Shown here piece by piece: positions 24,883 to 33,617 of a stretch of DNA of 64,000 nucleotides; the stretch's first letter is position 1, and the number at the start of each line of letters is the position of its first letter. The translations under genes were made by a program, and so were the position numbers. The stretch covers positions 32,001 through 96,000 of the forward strand of contig CAWJSK010000002.1 of assembly GCA_963845535.1 (NCBI GenBank), given 5' to 3'. A model generated the notes under the pieces. It did not search any database and had not been told where the DNA came from. It saw only the letters and a program-made list of their open reading frames with translations. The DNA comes from an uncultured Spirochaetota bacterium (GTDB lineage: Bacteria > Spirochaetota > Spirochaetia > SZUA-6 > Fen-1364).

Positions 24883-24999
24883 ACCTAACGCCGAGCTAAG
24901 CTGCCCCGCCGAATCAGCAACGCGAAGCGAACCCCGGCGAACAGCTCATCAACGAACCAGAAGCCCGCTCAAGGGGTCAGCTTCAGCGAGATGTTATCT
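24883..24999 (-). other. attC integron recombination site (117 bp)
   Basis: Minus strand: AGATAAC-atctc-GCTGAAGC-tgacccc...ggggca-GCTTAGC-tcggc-GTTAGGT. Canonical R''/L''/L'/R' boxes, 5-bp spacers and extrahelical bases. Confidence 0.88.
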
Positions 25000-25117
25000 T
25001 GCCCGCTGCCTGCAAAGAAGGAGCCAGTCAGTTCCATCGTTTGGGGTCCCCAAGAAATGGCTTGGTGCTTCGTCATTGCGAATCCAGTTGTGCGGCATGC
25101 GCTGTAGGACCGTGCGA

Positions 25118-26348
25118 CTAGTTGCCCTTGGAGTTCGACAAGTCGACGAACGCACCGAATACCCATCCTTCGGACCGATCCCAGAATCGGAGGTGGTACC
25201 ATACTCCTGTGCGACCGGCTATGGTCTCGGATTGAGCTGTAGCGCTGATGACTCTAACCGGCATACCCTTGACCGTTTGTTTCAGCACACTTGCTCTTGT
25301 ATTCGGACCCTCTCTAACGTTCACGTGATCGTCGTTGACCACTGCTCCGCGATTCGCAAAGTCCAGCCGTAGCTCCTCGAACGGGCCCAGTCGGTAGATT
25401 GCGGTCTGCTCTTCGCGTTCATCTCCAGGCGAAGTCGCATACAGATATCCATCAGGCGCCGGCTGGAAAAAGGTAGCGTGATGATATGGATCAGAGAAGA
25501 ACACCCCTCGATCGACATGAAACGACTCCAATATCTTTCCCGAATCTGACAGTATCTGGTACTTCCATCCGTCGTTCTCGCCGAAATAGAGATAGTTTCC
25601 GTTGGCAAGAGCCAGAAGCGAGCTGGTTGGATCGAATTGATTCTCCGATCGGTCGAAATCCGGCAAAGATGCCAAGAACCTGTAGGTGGAGTCGGCAGGT
25701 CCGGATATGAGTTGTGTGCCGTCAAAGAACAGATCGTTCTGGACGCTGAAGCGCTTGTGTTCGGAAGAGATTAAACGCTTCCGTACAGCATCTTGCGGAA
25801 GGTACACAGGGAGTTCAGCCTTGCTAACAGGGGATATGTCAACACCAAAATACTTGCCAGCCATGTCCTGAAAGACAAGCACGCTGCCAATGTGAAGAAC
25901 ATACCGGTACTTGGTCATGAAACTCGATATCGGGAAGGGCTTGATGTCTATGACTATTGGGGAGCTGGATGCAGCGCGACGATCCACGAAGAACGTATTC
26001 TTGAAGCTATCGAATCCCCAGGAGATGCCTCCTCCAACAATATAAGCTGAGTCCATCCAGAAGGACGTAAGGTCGGGATCGAAGCTCACGATCTGCCGCT
26101 TGGTGTTGAAGCCGCTGTCTCAGGACCAAAATTCTTCCGTTTATTGTATCAGCAAGGTAAAAGTCAAGGCCATCCGAAAGAATTGAGCTTGCGCTTCCGA
26201 CGATTGAAGGTCCTTCGGGCCCAACGTTCAGACCCAACTGGTCCGGCCGTTTGCCCCGCGGGAAAGTCTTGACGAGGTCTGGAATGGATTCTTGCGCAGA
26301 AAGCACCAGCGGGGAAAGCAAGAAGAGTAGCAGCAGCATTTTTCGCAT
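25118..26348 (-). CDS. Secreted protein with C-terminal SH3b domain (frameshift near 26100); gene cassette
   Basis: Signal peptide MRKMLLLLFLLSPLVLSAQE; C-terminus VNVREGPNT...WYHL...EGWVFGAFV. Confidence 0.8.
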
Positions 26349-26443
26349 TGACTCACTCCGTATCAAAAGGAAATGGCATTCGCGGAAACCGCAAAAAGCC
26401 GCGGCTTCTGCCCGCTGACTGTGAACACCTCAAGGTTAGGCCA

Positions 26444-26515
26444 AGATAGCACCGAGTTAGGCGGTATCAGCCCAACCGCAGCCGGTCCGGGCAGACTTTC
26501 AGGACTTCGGCTATG
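26444..26515 (-). other. Degenerate attC-like site after the TA cassette
   Basis: Minus strand L'-5bp-R' = GCCTAAC-tcggt-GCTATCT. R' is one mismatch from GTTATCT, the complement of the next cassette's R'' (AGATAAC). The R''/L'' half is poorly conserved. Confidence 0.5.
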
Positions 26516-26786
26516 TGGAAGGCTTGGTTGTCCTTGCTCGTTTCCAGAATTCCTCGTGTGTTTCCGCCCGGCCCGCACTAATGCTCCGCCTGGACTTGTT
26601 CAGTAGAGAACGAAACCTTGGTGATCGCGACAAGAGGATGGCCTCAAGGTCGTTATTGTCCGTAGGCGCGACGATGACGGCCACAGCCCGACCCTTGCGG
26701 GTAACCACCACGGGGCCAGAAGCTTCTGCTTCCCGCAAATAGGCACTGAACTTGGCTTTTATCTCGGCCAGCGATGCTACTATCAT
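26511..26786 (-). CDS. Phd/YefM-family antitoxin
   Basis: MIVASLAEIKAKFSAYLREAEASGPVVVTRKGRAVAVIV; ATGA overlap with the toxin stop. Confidence 0.9.
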   Translation of the reverse strand: MIVASLAEIKAKFSAYLREAEASGPVVVTRKGRAVAVIVAPTDNNDLEAILLSRSPRFRSLLNKSRRSISAGRAETHEEFWKRARTTKPST

Positions 26787-27165
26787 GGTAAAAACTCCTT
26801 CCCGGCGAAATACAGCCGTTCGCGTTCCTTTACTCCTATGGCCAGTATCCATACTTCCCGACGATCCCAGACAATCTCGTAGAAGACGCGAAATCGGTTA
26901 CCCGGCCCACAATGCAACTCCCAGGTCGCCCCAAACGGCCCAGGGGTCTCTTCAAGGGGCTTCCTATTGCGCGCTTTCTGGTTGCATAATCCGGCCGAAA
27001 AGAGCCGGCGTTCCGGTTTAAAAGAGCCAGCGTTCCGGAAATAAAAAGCCACTGTTCCGGGAAAAAAGAGCCACTTTCCGGCCCTTGCCCGGAAATCCCA
27101 CTCTCCAATCTCTCCAGTCGCTTCTTGCTATGCTTCTCCCACAACAGTTGCGGGAGGGAGAAGAA

Positions 27166-28728
27166 ATGGGACGGAGGAGAACGGGAGTGAAGAAGATTCG
27201 AGACATCATCCGCTACAGCCACACAACCGACTTGAGCGAAAGGCAGATTGCTCGGGCCCTAGGAATCTCACGAACCGTGGTGGCCAGGACCCTGTGTGCC
27301 TTTCGGGCCAGTGGTCTTGACTACGGTGCGGTAGACCAGATGCCCGATAGTGAGCTTGAGAAAAGTCTGGAGACCGAGAAGGCGCCCCAGGACGGTTCAC
27401 GCTATGCGGAACTGGTTGCGCTGTTTCCCGAGATGGCCGTGGAGCTGAAGAAGAAGGGGACAACCCTTGAATGGTTGTGGCAGAAGTATATCGGCGAACA
27501 CCCCCAAGGCTACCAGTACAGCCAATTCTGGTTGCACTTCCGTCAGTGGCGCAAGAGCGAAGAGGTCTCCATGCACATCGAGTACAAGGCGGGAGAGGCG
27601 GTGCTGGTGGACTGGGCAGGAGACAAGCTGGAGGTGATCAACGGGAACACGGGACAGCCTTGGCTACTGGAACAGTTTGTCGCGATCCTGGGAGCCAGCG
27701 AACTGACCTATGTGGAGGCGCGGGAAAGCCAGAAGGAGGAGGACTGGATTCGGGCCAACGAGGGAGCTCTTCGCTATTTCGGCGGGAGTCCCAGCGCCCT
27801 CATTCCCGACAACACCCGGACCGCGGTGGTTCGGCCCGACCCCTATGAGCCGGGACTGAACCCCGTCTTTGACGATTTTGCCTGCCATTACGGTGTGGTG
27901 GTGATGCCCACACGAGTACGTCGCCCTCGAGACAAGGCGTTGGTGGAGAACGCCGTGCGGCTGGTTTATCAGAGGATCAGTTGCCGCCTTCGGGGCAAGG
28001 TCTTCTTCAGCCTCGCGCAGGTCAACGCGGCTATTCGCGAGCTCCTGGAAGAGCACAATCACCGTCGCTTCAGCCGGCTGCCCTACAGCAGGCGCGAGTT
28101 GTTCGAGCGCGTGGAGAAGAGTGCCTTGCGCCCTTTGCCCGCGGAGCCCTTCGTGATGAAAGAGACCACCGAGGCAACCGTCGGGATCAACTACCACGTG
28201 GAGCTGCGTGAGGATCGCCACTATTACAGCGTCCCCTACGCTCTTCGCCGTCGTGACCCGCCGACTCGAGTGAAGCTCGTCTACGACGATCGGGTGGTAG
28301 CCATCTACTATGACAACGTCCGGGTGGTGCAGCATCGGCGCGACAGAACACCTAACGGCTATACGACGTTGGGTGAGCACATGCCCCCGTCGCACCGGTG
28401 GTACGCGGAGTGGAGTCCCGAAAAGTTCCTGGGTTGGGCGCGCTCGGTGGGGCCCGAGACCGAGGCGATCATCACCAAGGTCTTGGAGTCTGCCGTCTAT
28501 GCGCCCCAGGCGTTTCGCAGCTGCCTGGGTATCCTGAACCTGGCACGACAGCACGGCGCGGAACGTCTGAACAAGGCCTGTGGCAAAGCGCTGCGGGTGG
28601 GAACACAGTCGGGCAAACGAATCAAAAACATCCTGGATCTGGGACTGGAGCAAGAGCGCCAGCCCCAGCTGGATTTGCCACCGTTGCCGCACCATGAGAA
28701 CGTGCGCGGCAGCCAGTACTACAACTGA
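27166..28728 (+). CDS. istA: IS21 transposase IstA
   Basis: N-terminal HTH (SERQIARALGISR); DDE motifs VDWAG, PDN, DKALVE. Confidence 0.95.
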   Translation: MGRRRTGVKKIRDIIRYSHTTDLSERQIARALGISRTVVARTLCAFRASGLDYGAVDQMPDSELEKSLETEKAPQDGSRYAELVALFPEMAVELKKKGTTLEWLWQKYIGEHPQGYQYSQFWLHFRQWRKSEEVSMHIEYKAGEAVLVDWAGDKLEVINGNTGQPWLLEQFVAILGASELTYVEARESQKEEDWIRANEGALRYFGGSPSALIPDNTRTAVVRPDPYEPGLNPVFDDFACHYGVVVMPTRVRRPRDKALVENAVRLVYQRISCRLRGKVFFSLAQVNAAIRELLEEHNHRRFSRLPYSRRELFERVEKSALRPLPAEPFVMKETTEATVGINYHVELREDRHYYSVPYALRRRDPPTRVKLVYDDRVVAIYYDNVRVVQHRRDRTPNGYTTLGEHMPPSHRWYAEWSPEKFLGWARSVGPETEAIITKVLESAVYAPQAFRSCLGILNLARQHGAERLNKACGKALRVGTQSGKRIKNILDLGLEQERQPQLDLPPLPHHENVRGSQYYN

Positions 28729-28736
28729 AGGAGTCC

Positions 28737-29504
28737 ATGATGAACAGCAACCAGGCAACGCTACAGAAACTTGAGATGATGGGACTGTGGGGCATGATGC
28801 GAGCCTTGCGGGAATCCATGGAAGCCGGATCAAAGGCGGATTTCACCTCCGACGAGTTGATCTCCCACTTGGTGGACGTCGAGTGGGACCAGCGGCAGGG
28901 CCGCAAGCTGTCACGGCTTCTCAAGGGTGCTCGCTTTCGCTATCGAGCGGGGCTGGAGGACATCGACTTCGGCTTGCACAGGAACCTGGAGAAGAACCAG
29001 CTCATGCGCCTTGCCGACTGTCACTGGATCGAAGAGCACCAGGACCTCATCCTCACAGGCCCTTGTGGATGCGGGAAGAGCTTCATCGCCTCCGTGTTGG
29101 GTCAGCAGGCATGCATCCACGGCCACAGCGTTTGCTACTGGCCCGCGGGAAAGCTCTTTGAGCAGATGAAGCTATGTAAGGCCGACGGCAGCTACCTTCG
29201 GGAGATGGCCAAGCTCACCAAGAAGCGGCTCTTCATCGTTGACGATTTTGGGCTGGAAGTTCTCGATGCGGCCAGCCGACTCATTCTGCTTGAGATCCTG
29301 GAAGACCGCCACGGCCGTTGCTCATCGCTGTTCAGCTCCCAGCTTCCGGTCTCCCAGTGGCATGTAGCTATCGGAGACCCCACCATTGCGGACGCCATCT
29401 GCGACCGTATCGTGCATACCGCTCACCGCATTGAGCTCAAAGGCGAGTCGGTTCGCAAACTCTACGCTCATCGTGGCGGGGAAGCCAACAAGGAGAAGGA
29501 ATGA
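28737..29504 (+). CDS. istB: IS21 helper ATPase IstB
   Basis: GPCGCGKS, IVDDFG, ADAICDRIVH, IELKGESVR. Confidence 0.95.
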   Translation: MMNSNQATLQKLEMMGLWGMMRALRESMEAGSKADFTSDELISHLVDVEWDQRQGRKLSRLLKGARFRYRAGLEDIDFGLHRNLEKNQLMRLADCHWIEEHQDLILTGPCGCGKSFIASVLGQQACIHGHSVCYWPAGKLFEQMKLCKADGSYLREMAKLTKKRLFIVDDFGLEVLDAASRLILLEILEDRHGRCSSLFSSQLPVSQWHVAIGDPTIADAICDRIVHTAHRIELKGESVRKLYAHRGGEANKEKE

Positions 29505-29910
29505 GCGCTTTAGGCGACTACGTCCACTGGCAACGAAAACCGACCTCCGTGGAAGGGCCGCCGCTGCATTTTCTCAGAGCACCCCGCATCTGGGCACGCC
29601 CCCCGATACGATCTCAGCGACGAACAGGTCATCGTCGAGGGACGTGGGGACAAGGAGGTGAAGGAAACTGTTGACTGAAAAGAGCCACTGCAGCATTGTC
29701 TGAGAGAGCGCATTGGCTGAGTGGGAAAGTGGCTTTCTATTTCCGGATCTGCTGGCACTTTTCGCCGGACTATGCATCTGGTCGGGAGTGAACGATAGCT
29801 GCACTTTGATAGCTTCCTCCAGCAGACGTAGGTACCTCCGTTCCACCGCCCTTACATGAGTATGAACTTCAGGAGCGTAAAGGAGGGAATAAGGAGCTCG
29901 CTTCGCCACG

Positions 29911-29946
29911 GACTATAATTATAGTCAGATGGATCTGACACGTCAA
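29911..29946 (-). promoter_or_regulatory. Sigma70-type promoter of the TA operon with overlapping palindromic operators
   Basis: Minus strand TTGACG-17 bp-TATAAT, ending 8 nt before the GTG. Palindromes gactataattatagtc (29911-29926) and gtcagat-gg-atctgac (29924-29939). Confidence 0.8.
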
Positions 29947-30261
29947 TCTTTGGAGGAGATTTTCCGGCAATGATAGGCAGCGATTCTTAACAAGGTCGGG
30001 CGTCTGGGGACTGAGAAGGTGTTAAAATGAAGTGGAAATCACAGATGGGGAAAGGCGCCCGAAAGCTAAACCTATGGGGTCAGCGCGGCGTATCAGCTGT
30101 ATCAGCACGCTGCCTTGCTGCATGCCAAGCTCCAGGATGTGGCTCGATGCCTGACGGATGGCACCCAGACTGTATCCAGGTGGCAGGATAGCTTCTGCCT
30201 TCAGTTCCCTACGCATGCGCTCGTGACTGCGTTGTGCTTTGGGTGGCCGGGGTCTGAGTAT

Positions 30262-30353
30262 ACCGAGCATCCCTATCAGCGCCGCCGTATCAGCCCAGCC
30301 GTGCCGGCTTGTTCACACTCACTCAAGGCGTCTGCTGCGACGACTTGTTAGAT
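30262..30353 (-). other. attC-like site downstream of herA (R''/L'' good, R' degenerate)
   Basis: Minus strand ATCTAAC-aagtc-GTCGCAGC-agacgcc...ggcggc-GCTGATA-gggat-GCTCGGT. Same aagtc spacer as the 38.4 kb attC. An alternative L'/R' half lies at 30065-30084 (GCTGACC...GTTTAGC). Confidence 0.6.
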
Positions 30354-30396
30354 GGCAGCCGTCGGAGATTGAGGATCAGCTGCGGGGCCAGGTGTC

Positions 30397-32454
30397 CTAT
30401 CTTGCAGGTGGTGGGGTTGTCCTTATCTTGATCTCCAAGACCCGATCCCAATCTTCCTCTGCGGCACAATAATAGTCCTTTCCACCGTGCGAGCAAATAG
30501 TCAACTTGTCGTGACCAAGGAGAAGTTGAAGGAGCGGCTCCATCAGTTGATTCTCAGTCTCAAAATCGTTTACGCCCTTTGCTTCCTTTATTAGGTAGTA
30601 GAGTTGTCCCCTAAATACTCCGATGCCCTTAGAGGGAATCGCCACGTACTTGACGTTGTAACCCTTTAGTGCCTGCTTTAGCCTCTCAGCGATCGCCGTG
30701 TGTCGGTCGGAAACGCTGACTTCAATCCGCTGTGCAGGTGTATCCGTTACGGCTTCAGCGTCGTCCTCGAGCCTTATTCCGGTACCATACAATTGTTCAA
30801 AGTTGCGCACTCGAACTGGCAAGACAAATGGTTGGTGAGGAGCACTCCACATGAAGCAATTGCCCGGAATTGGCTCGGCGATCAGGTGGGACAGTATGTC
30901 ATTGGAGAAGTGCGAATTGTACTTCCCCAATACTACGGCATCCCCCTCCGAGAGCAGATGGAAGGCGAACCAATTGTCTGCTTGGCTTAGAAGTTCTGGA
31001 GCGAGTGAACCGGGCTGCTGGGTAACTAGCATCGCGCCAAGTTCGTACTTGCGACCTTCCTTGACCCATTCGACAAATGGACTCGATTCCTCCAGATTCC
31101 TCCCAAGGACACTTTGAGCCTCTTCAATGATGGCCACCACAGGAATGGGCGCTTGACCACCTGTAAAGTTCTCCTGGTTATGGGAGAATATTCTACGCAG
31201 AATTAGTCCGGCGACCGTGTTGCCTGCAGAGGAACTCAGGAGGCTAGTGTCAATTACCACCACGCTCCCATCAGCGAGCCCCTGTAACGTGCCAGAAAGC
31301 AGCCTGCTGGCCGGATCGTGGAGCATTCTGACGATATTGTTCATGTTACTTCTGGCCGCCCCGATCTCGGCTGCGCTATTCTGTATTTGCGCGCCCGCTG
31401 CGTACCCAAGGAGAACTCCAATTGCAGCGTCGGAAGCCTGTAGGTGTTGGTCTTGAATTAGGTCCACCAATTGGCGCCAGTTCACATCTGACAGACTCTT
31501 CAGCTTGAGCACGTTCTGCTGTTCCTGTCTGTCGGGGGAGAGAGCGATCCCAACAACGTCACGGGGCGGAAGCTCTCTGATGTCGAGCCGGACTTCCCCA
31601 ACCTTCCAGCTTCCGTAATAGGCGTTCGGTGGCTGCCTATTAGTGAATGCCATGATATGGTCCCTCAAATGAGCAACATCGCACAGTCCGGGGCGGTGTT
31701 TTATCCTATCAGGCCAGAAGTACTCACCGTCAGCATCAAATATCAATGTTCCCACGTTCTGGCCGCCTGCGGTCTTGGGTTGCCCACTGCGGTACAATTC
31801 GGAGACGAGATATTTTATTAGGTTTGACTTGCCATAGCCTGCCCTCGCAAACACGACCGATCGTCGCGAAACTAAGTTCTGGATGTCGAATTTCACCGAG
31901 AGTGAAGGATCAAGATGCCTGAAGACTGGACTGTTGTCCTGTACACTGGAACCCGAGTAGACAAACTCACCTAGCACGTAGTCACCGAGATCGGTTTGTC
32001 CCTGGCTCAGCCTGCACAGTTCCGACAGAACGTCAGTACTTGGAAGGGCAACTTTCGCGCCCAGATGAGGGAGCCTTCTTTGGGAGGGTATGTAGATGAT
32101 CCGATCTACACCTCCTTCAGGAAAGCTGCGAACAGCGCCAAGGAGCTTTACCTGCACGCGGTATTTCAAGCGTTGCTCCTTAAGATCCTCAGGGACGGCC
32201 TGTTGTCGTCTCTGCATTGTGTTTACATAGTCTTCACCTTCTGCTGACGCCAATAGCCCGGACGGTACAAATCGTGTTATGCGTCCCAGCGCCGCTTCTT
32301 CAACTGACCCCAGCTCAATCAAGATAAACTGGCCGAGTTGGGGCCGCTCAAGCATGCTCGCCTCATAGGGAGCAACTATTTCGGCTGCAAACTCCAACCC
32401 TCGCTCATTGAACCCTTTGAAAGTCCCCATAACTAGAGAATTAGCGAAAAGCAT
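30397..32454 (-). CDS. herA: HerA-family (DUF87) ATPase/DNA translocase
   Basis: N-terminal HAS-barrel-like region, Walker A ARAGYGKS, FDADGEY, Walker B IIEEAQ, KEGRKY arginine finger, VTQQPG. Confidence 0.9.
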   Translation of the reverse strand: MLFANSLVMGTFKGFNERGLEFAAEIVAPYEASMLERPQLGQFILIELGSVEEAALGRITRFVPSGLLASAEGEDYVNTMQRRQQAVPEDLKEQRLKYRVQVKLLGAVRSFPEGGVDRIIYIPSQRRLPHLGAKVALPSTDVLSELCRLSQGQTDLGDYVLGEFVYSGSSVQDNSPVFRHLDPSLSVKFDIQNLVSRRSVVFARAGYGKSNLIKYLVSELYRSGQPKTAGGQNVGTLIFDADGEYFWPDRIKHRPGLCDVAHLRDHIMAFTNRQPPNAYYGSWKVGEVRLDIRELPPRDVVGIALSPDRQEQQNVLKLKSLSDVNWRQLVDLIQDQHLQASDAAIGVLLGYAAGAQIQNSAAEIGAARSNMNNIVRMLHDPASRLLSGTLQGLADGSVVVIDTSLLSSSAGNTVAGLILRRIFSHNQENFTGGQAPIPVVAIIEEAQSVLGRNLEESSPFVEWVKEGRKYELGAMLVTQQPGSLAPELLSQADNWFAFHLLSEGDAVVLGKYNSHFSNDILSHLIAEPIPGNCFMWSAPHQPFVLPVRVRNFEQLYGTGIRLEDDAEAVTDTPAQRIEVSVSDRHTAIAERLKQALKGYNVKYVAIPSKGIGVFRGQLYYLIKEAKGVNDFETENQLMEPLLQLLLGHDKLTICSHGGKDYYCAAEEDWDRVLEIKIRTTPPPAR

Positions 32455-33617
32455 TAGCCCTCCTTGTAGCGCAATGCCGCAAGTGACCTTCCCAAGTGCT
32501 TCATTCGCAGCAACTTCTCCGACTCTTCAGGAGTGAGCGACTGGCAAATCCCGTGCATAAGAAAATCTTGCAGAACCTCGATCTCTAGTCCTGTAAGCTT
32601 AGCGAAATCATGTGCCCTCTGAATGCTCATTGGGTAGTCAGGGATGGGAAAGCCCTGCTGCGCATCGACGGTCAGTTGCCCCAACACCCTTTCTGCGTCG
32701 CTGATCTGCCACACGGCCACATCCACTGGCCACACTGGATCGAACGGTCGGTCCCCGAACTTGGCCAGGTACATCTTCCCAATCGACTGGTAAAGCCTCC
32801 TTCCGTCGTCCTGTACGTCACTCGATTCGTAGGTCCTGAGCCAAGTCAAGTCATAGTTGTAGCAGTCAGCTTCGATATCTTGTGGGACTTCGACAAAGCA
32901 CGGATATGGTCTATGGAATGTTGATTCCAACTCAAGCGCTACAGCCAATCTCCCTAGGACCGCACTTTGTTTGGCAACTCCCACCAAGGAAAGGGATACG
33001 TTCCTATCTCGGTGCCGCCGCACCCCCTTCCGGAGGTTCTCGTCGATTCTCGGAAACACCTCCCGCTTGAATGACTTGGTCCGAAGTAATCCATCCCGAA
33101 TCAGAATCGTATCACCGCCCCACTGTATGCCGGGATTGGTTATCAAGTCGTAGAGAACAGCCCATTCCACCAAGTCCCTATAGCACCTTATTGCGCCAGT
33201 GCTCTTCGCCGGATCTCCCATTCCTCCCAACAAATATGAGAGTGCCGGCACATCAAGCGATAGGTCGTTACACAGACGCTGCAGCGGAGCAACCAGGCTC
33301 GGCGCATCAGGCCGGATGCGCTCATTCAATTCGACCAACTTTGCTGTACTAGCTATCGCATCCAGAGCGCATTGATTTCCACGGGAGTCAACTACTCTTA
33401 CAAGCTCGACAACTGCAGGATTGAATGAGAGCCGATTGTCCCCTCCATCGGCGGAAACGAAGGATACGGCGTTCACTGAGTAGGTCCTTAGCGGTCGGAC
33501 GTTCGCCTTAAGCAGCCTTGCATATTGCCTAAATCTTGACAAGAGAGGGTCGTCAACTTTGTAAGCAGCAATAACCCGCGCCTTTAGGGCCTCGAGATCA
33601 AAGTTAGCGAGAGCCAT
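32454..33617 (-). CDS. nurA: NurA-family nuclease
   Basis: FVSADGG, LIRDGLL, LVGVAKQS, C-terminal DYPMSIQRAHDFAK (NurA YP..AH motif); TAATG overlap with herA. Confidence 0.8.
   Translation of the reverse strand: MALANFDLEALKARVIAAYKVDDPLLSRFRQYARLLKANVRPLRTYSVNAVSFVSADGGDNRLSFNPAVVELVRVVDSRGNQCALDAIASTAKLVELNERIRPDAPSLVAPLQRLCNDLSLDVPALSYLLGGMGDPAKSTGAIRCYRDLVEWAVLYDLITNPGIQWGGDTILIRDGLLRTKSFKREVFPRIDENLRKGVRRHRDRNVSLSLVGVAKQSAVLGRLAVALELESTFHRPYPCFVEVPQDIEADCYNYDLTWLRTYESSDVQDDGRRLYQSIGKMYLAKFGDRPFDPVWPVDVAVWQISDAERVLGQLTVDAQQGFPIPDYPMSIQRAHDFAKLTGLEIEVLQDFLMHGICQSLTPEESEKLLRMKHLGRSLAALRYKEG

Larger units (their letters stand above)
26983..29776 (+). mobile_element. Complete IS21-family element (2794 bp)
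   Basis: TG...CA ends with IRs TGCATAATCCGGCCGAAAAG / TGCATAGTCCGGCGAAAAG; 6-bp target duplication TCTGGT (26977-26982, 29777-29782); several subterminal aaaagagcc..ttccgg repeats; istA and istB present. Confidence 0.95.
26783..29909 (-). pseudogene. RelE/ParE-family toxin interrupted by IS21 (108 aa when rejoined)
   Basis: 29909-29777 (MAKRAPYSLLYAPEV...FTPDQ) joins in frame to 26976-26783 (KARNRKPL...WELHCGPGNRFRVFYEI...ILAIGVK) once the IS and one TCTGGT copy are removed. Confidence 0.88.

Noticed and set aside
26997..27082. Four roughly 20-bp repeats as a mini-CRISPR or iteron array
   Set aside because: They lack unique spacers and are the subterminal transposase-binding repeats of the IS21 left end.
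29985..30027. TCTTAAC...GTTAAAA as another attC
   Set aside because: Too short and lacks paired L boxes.
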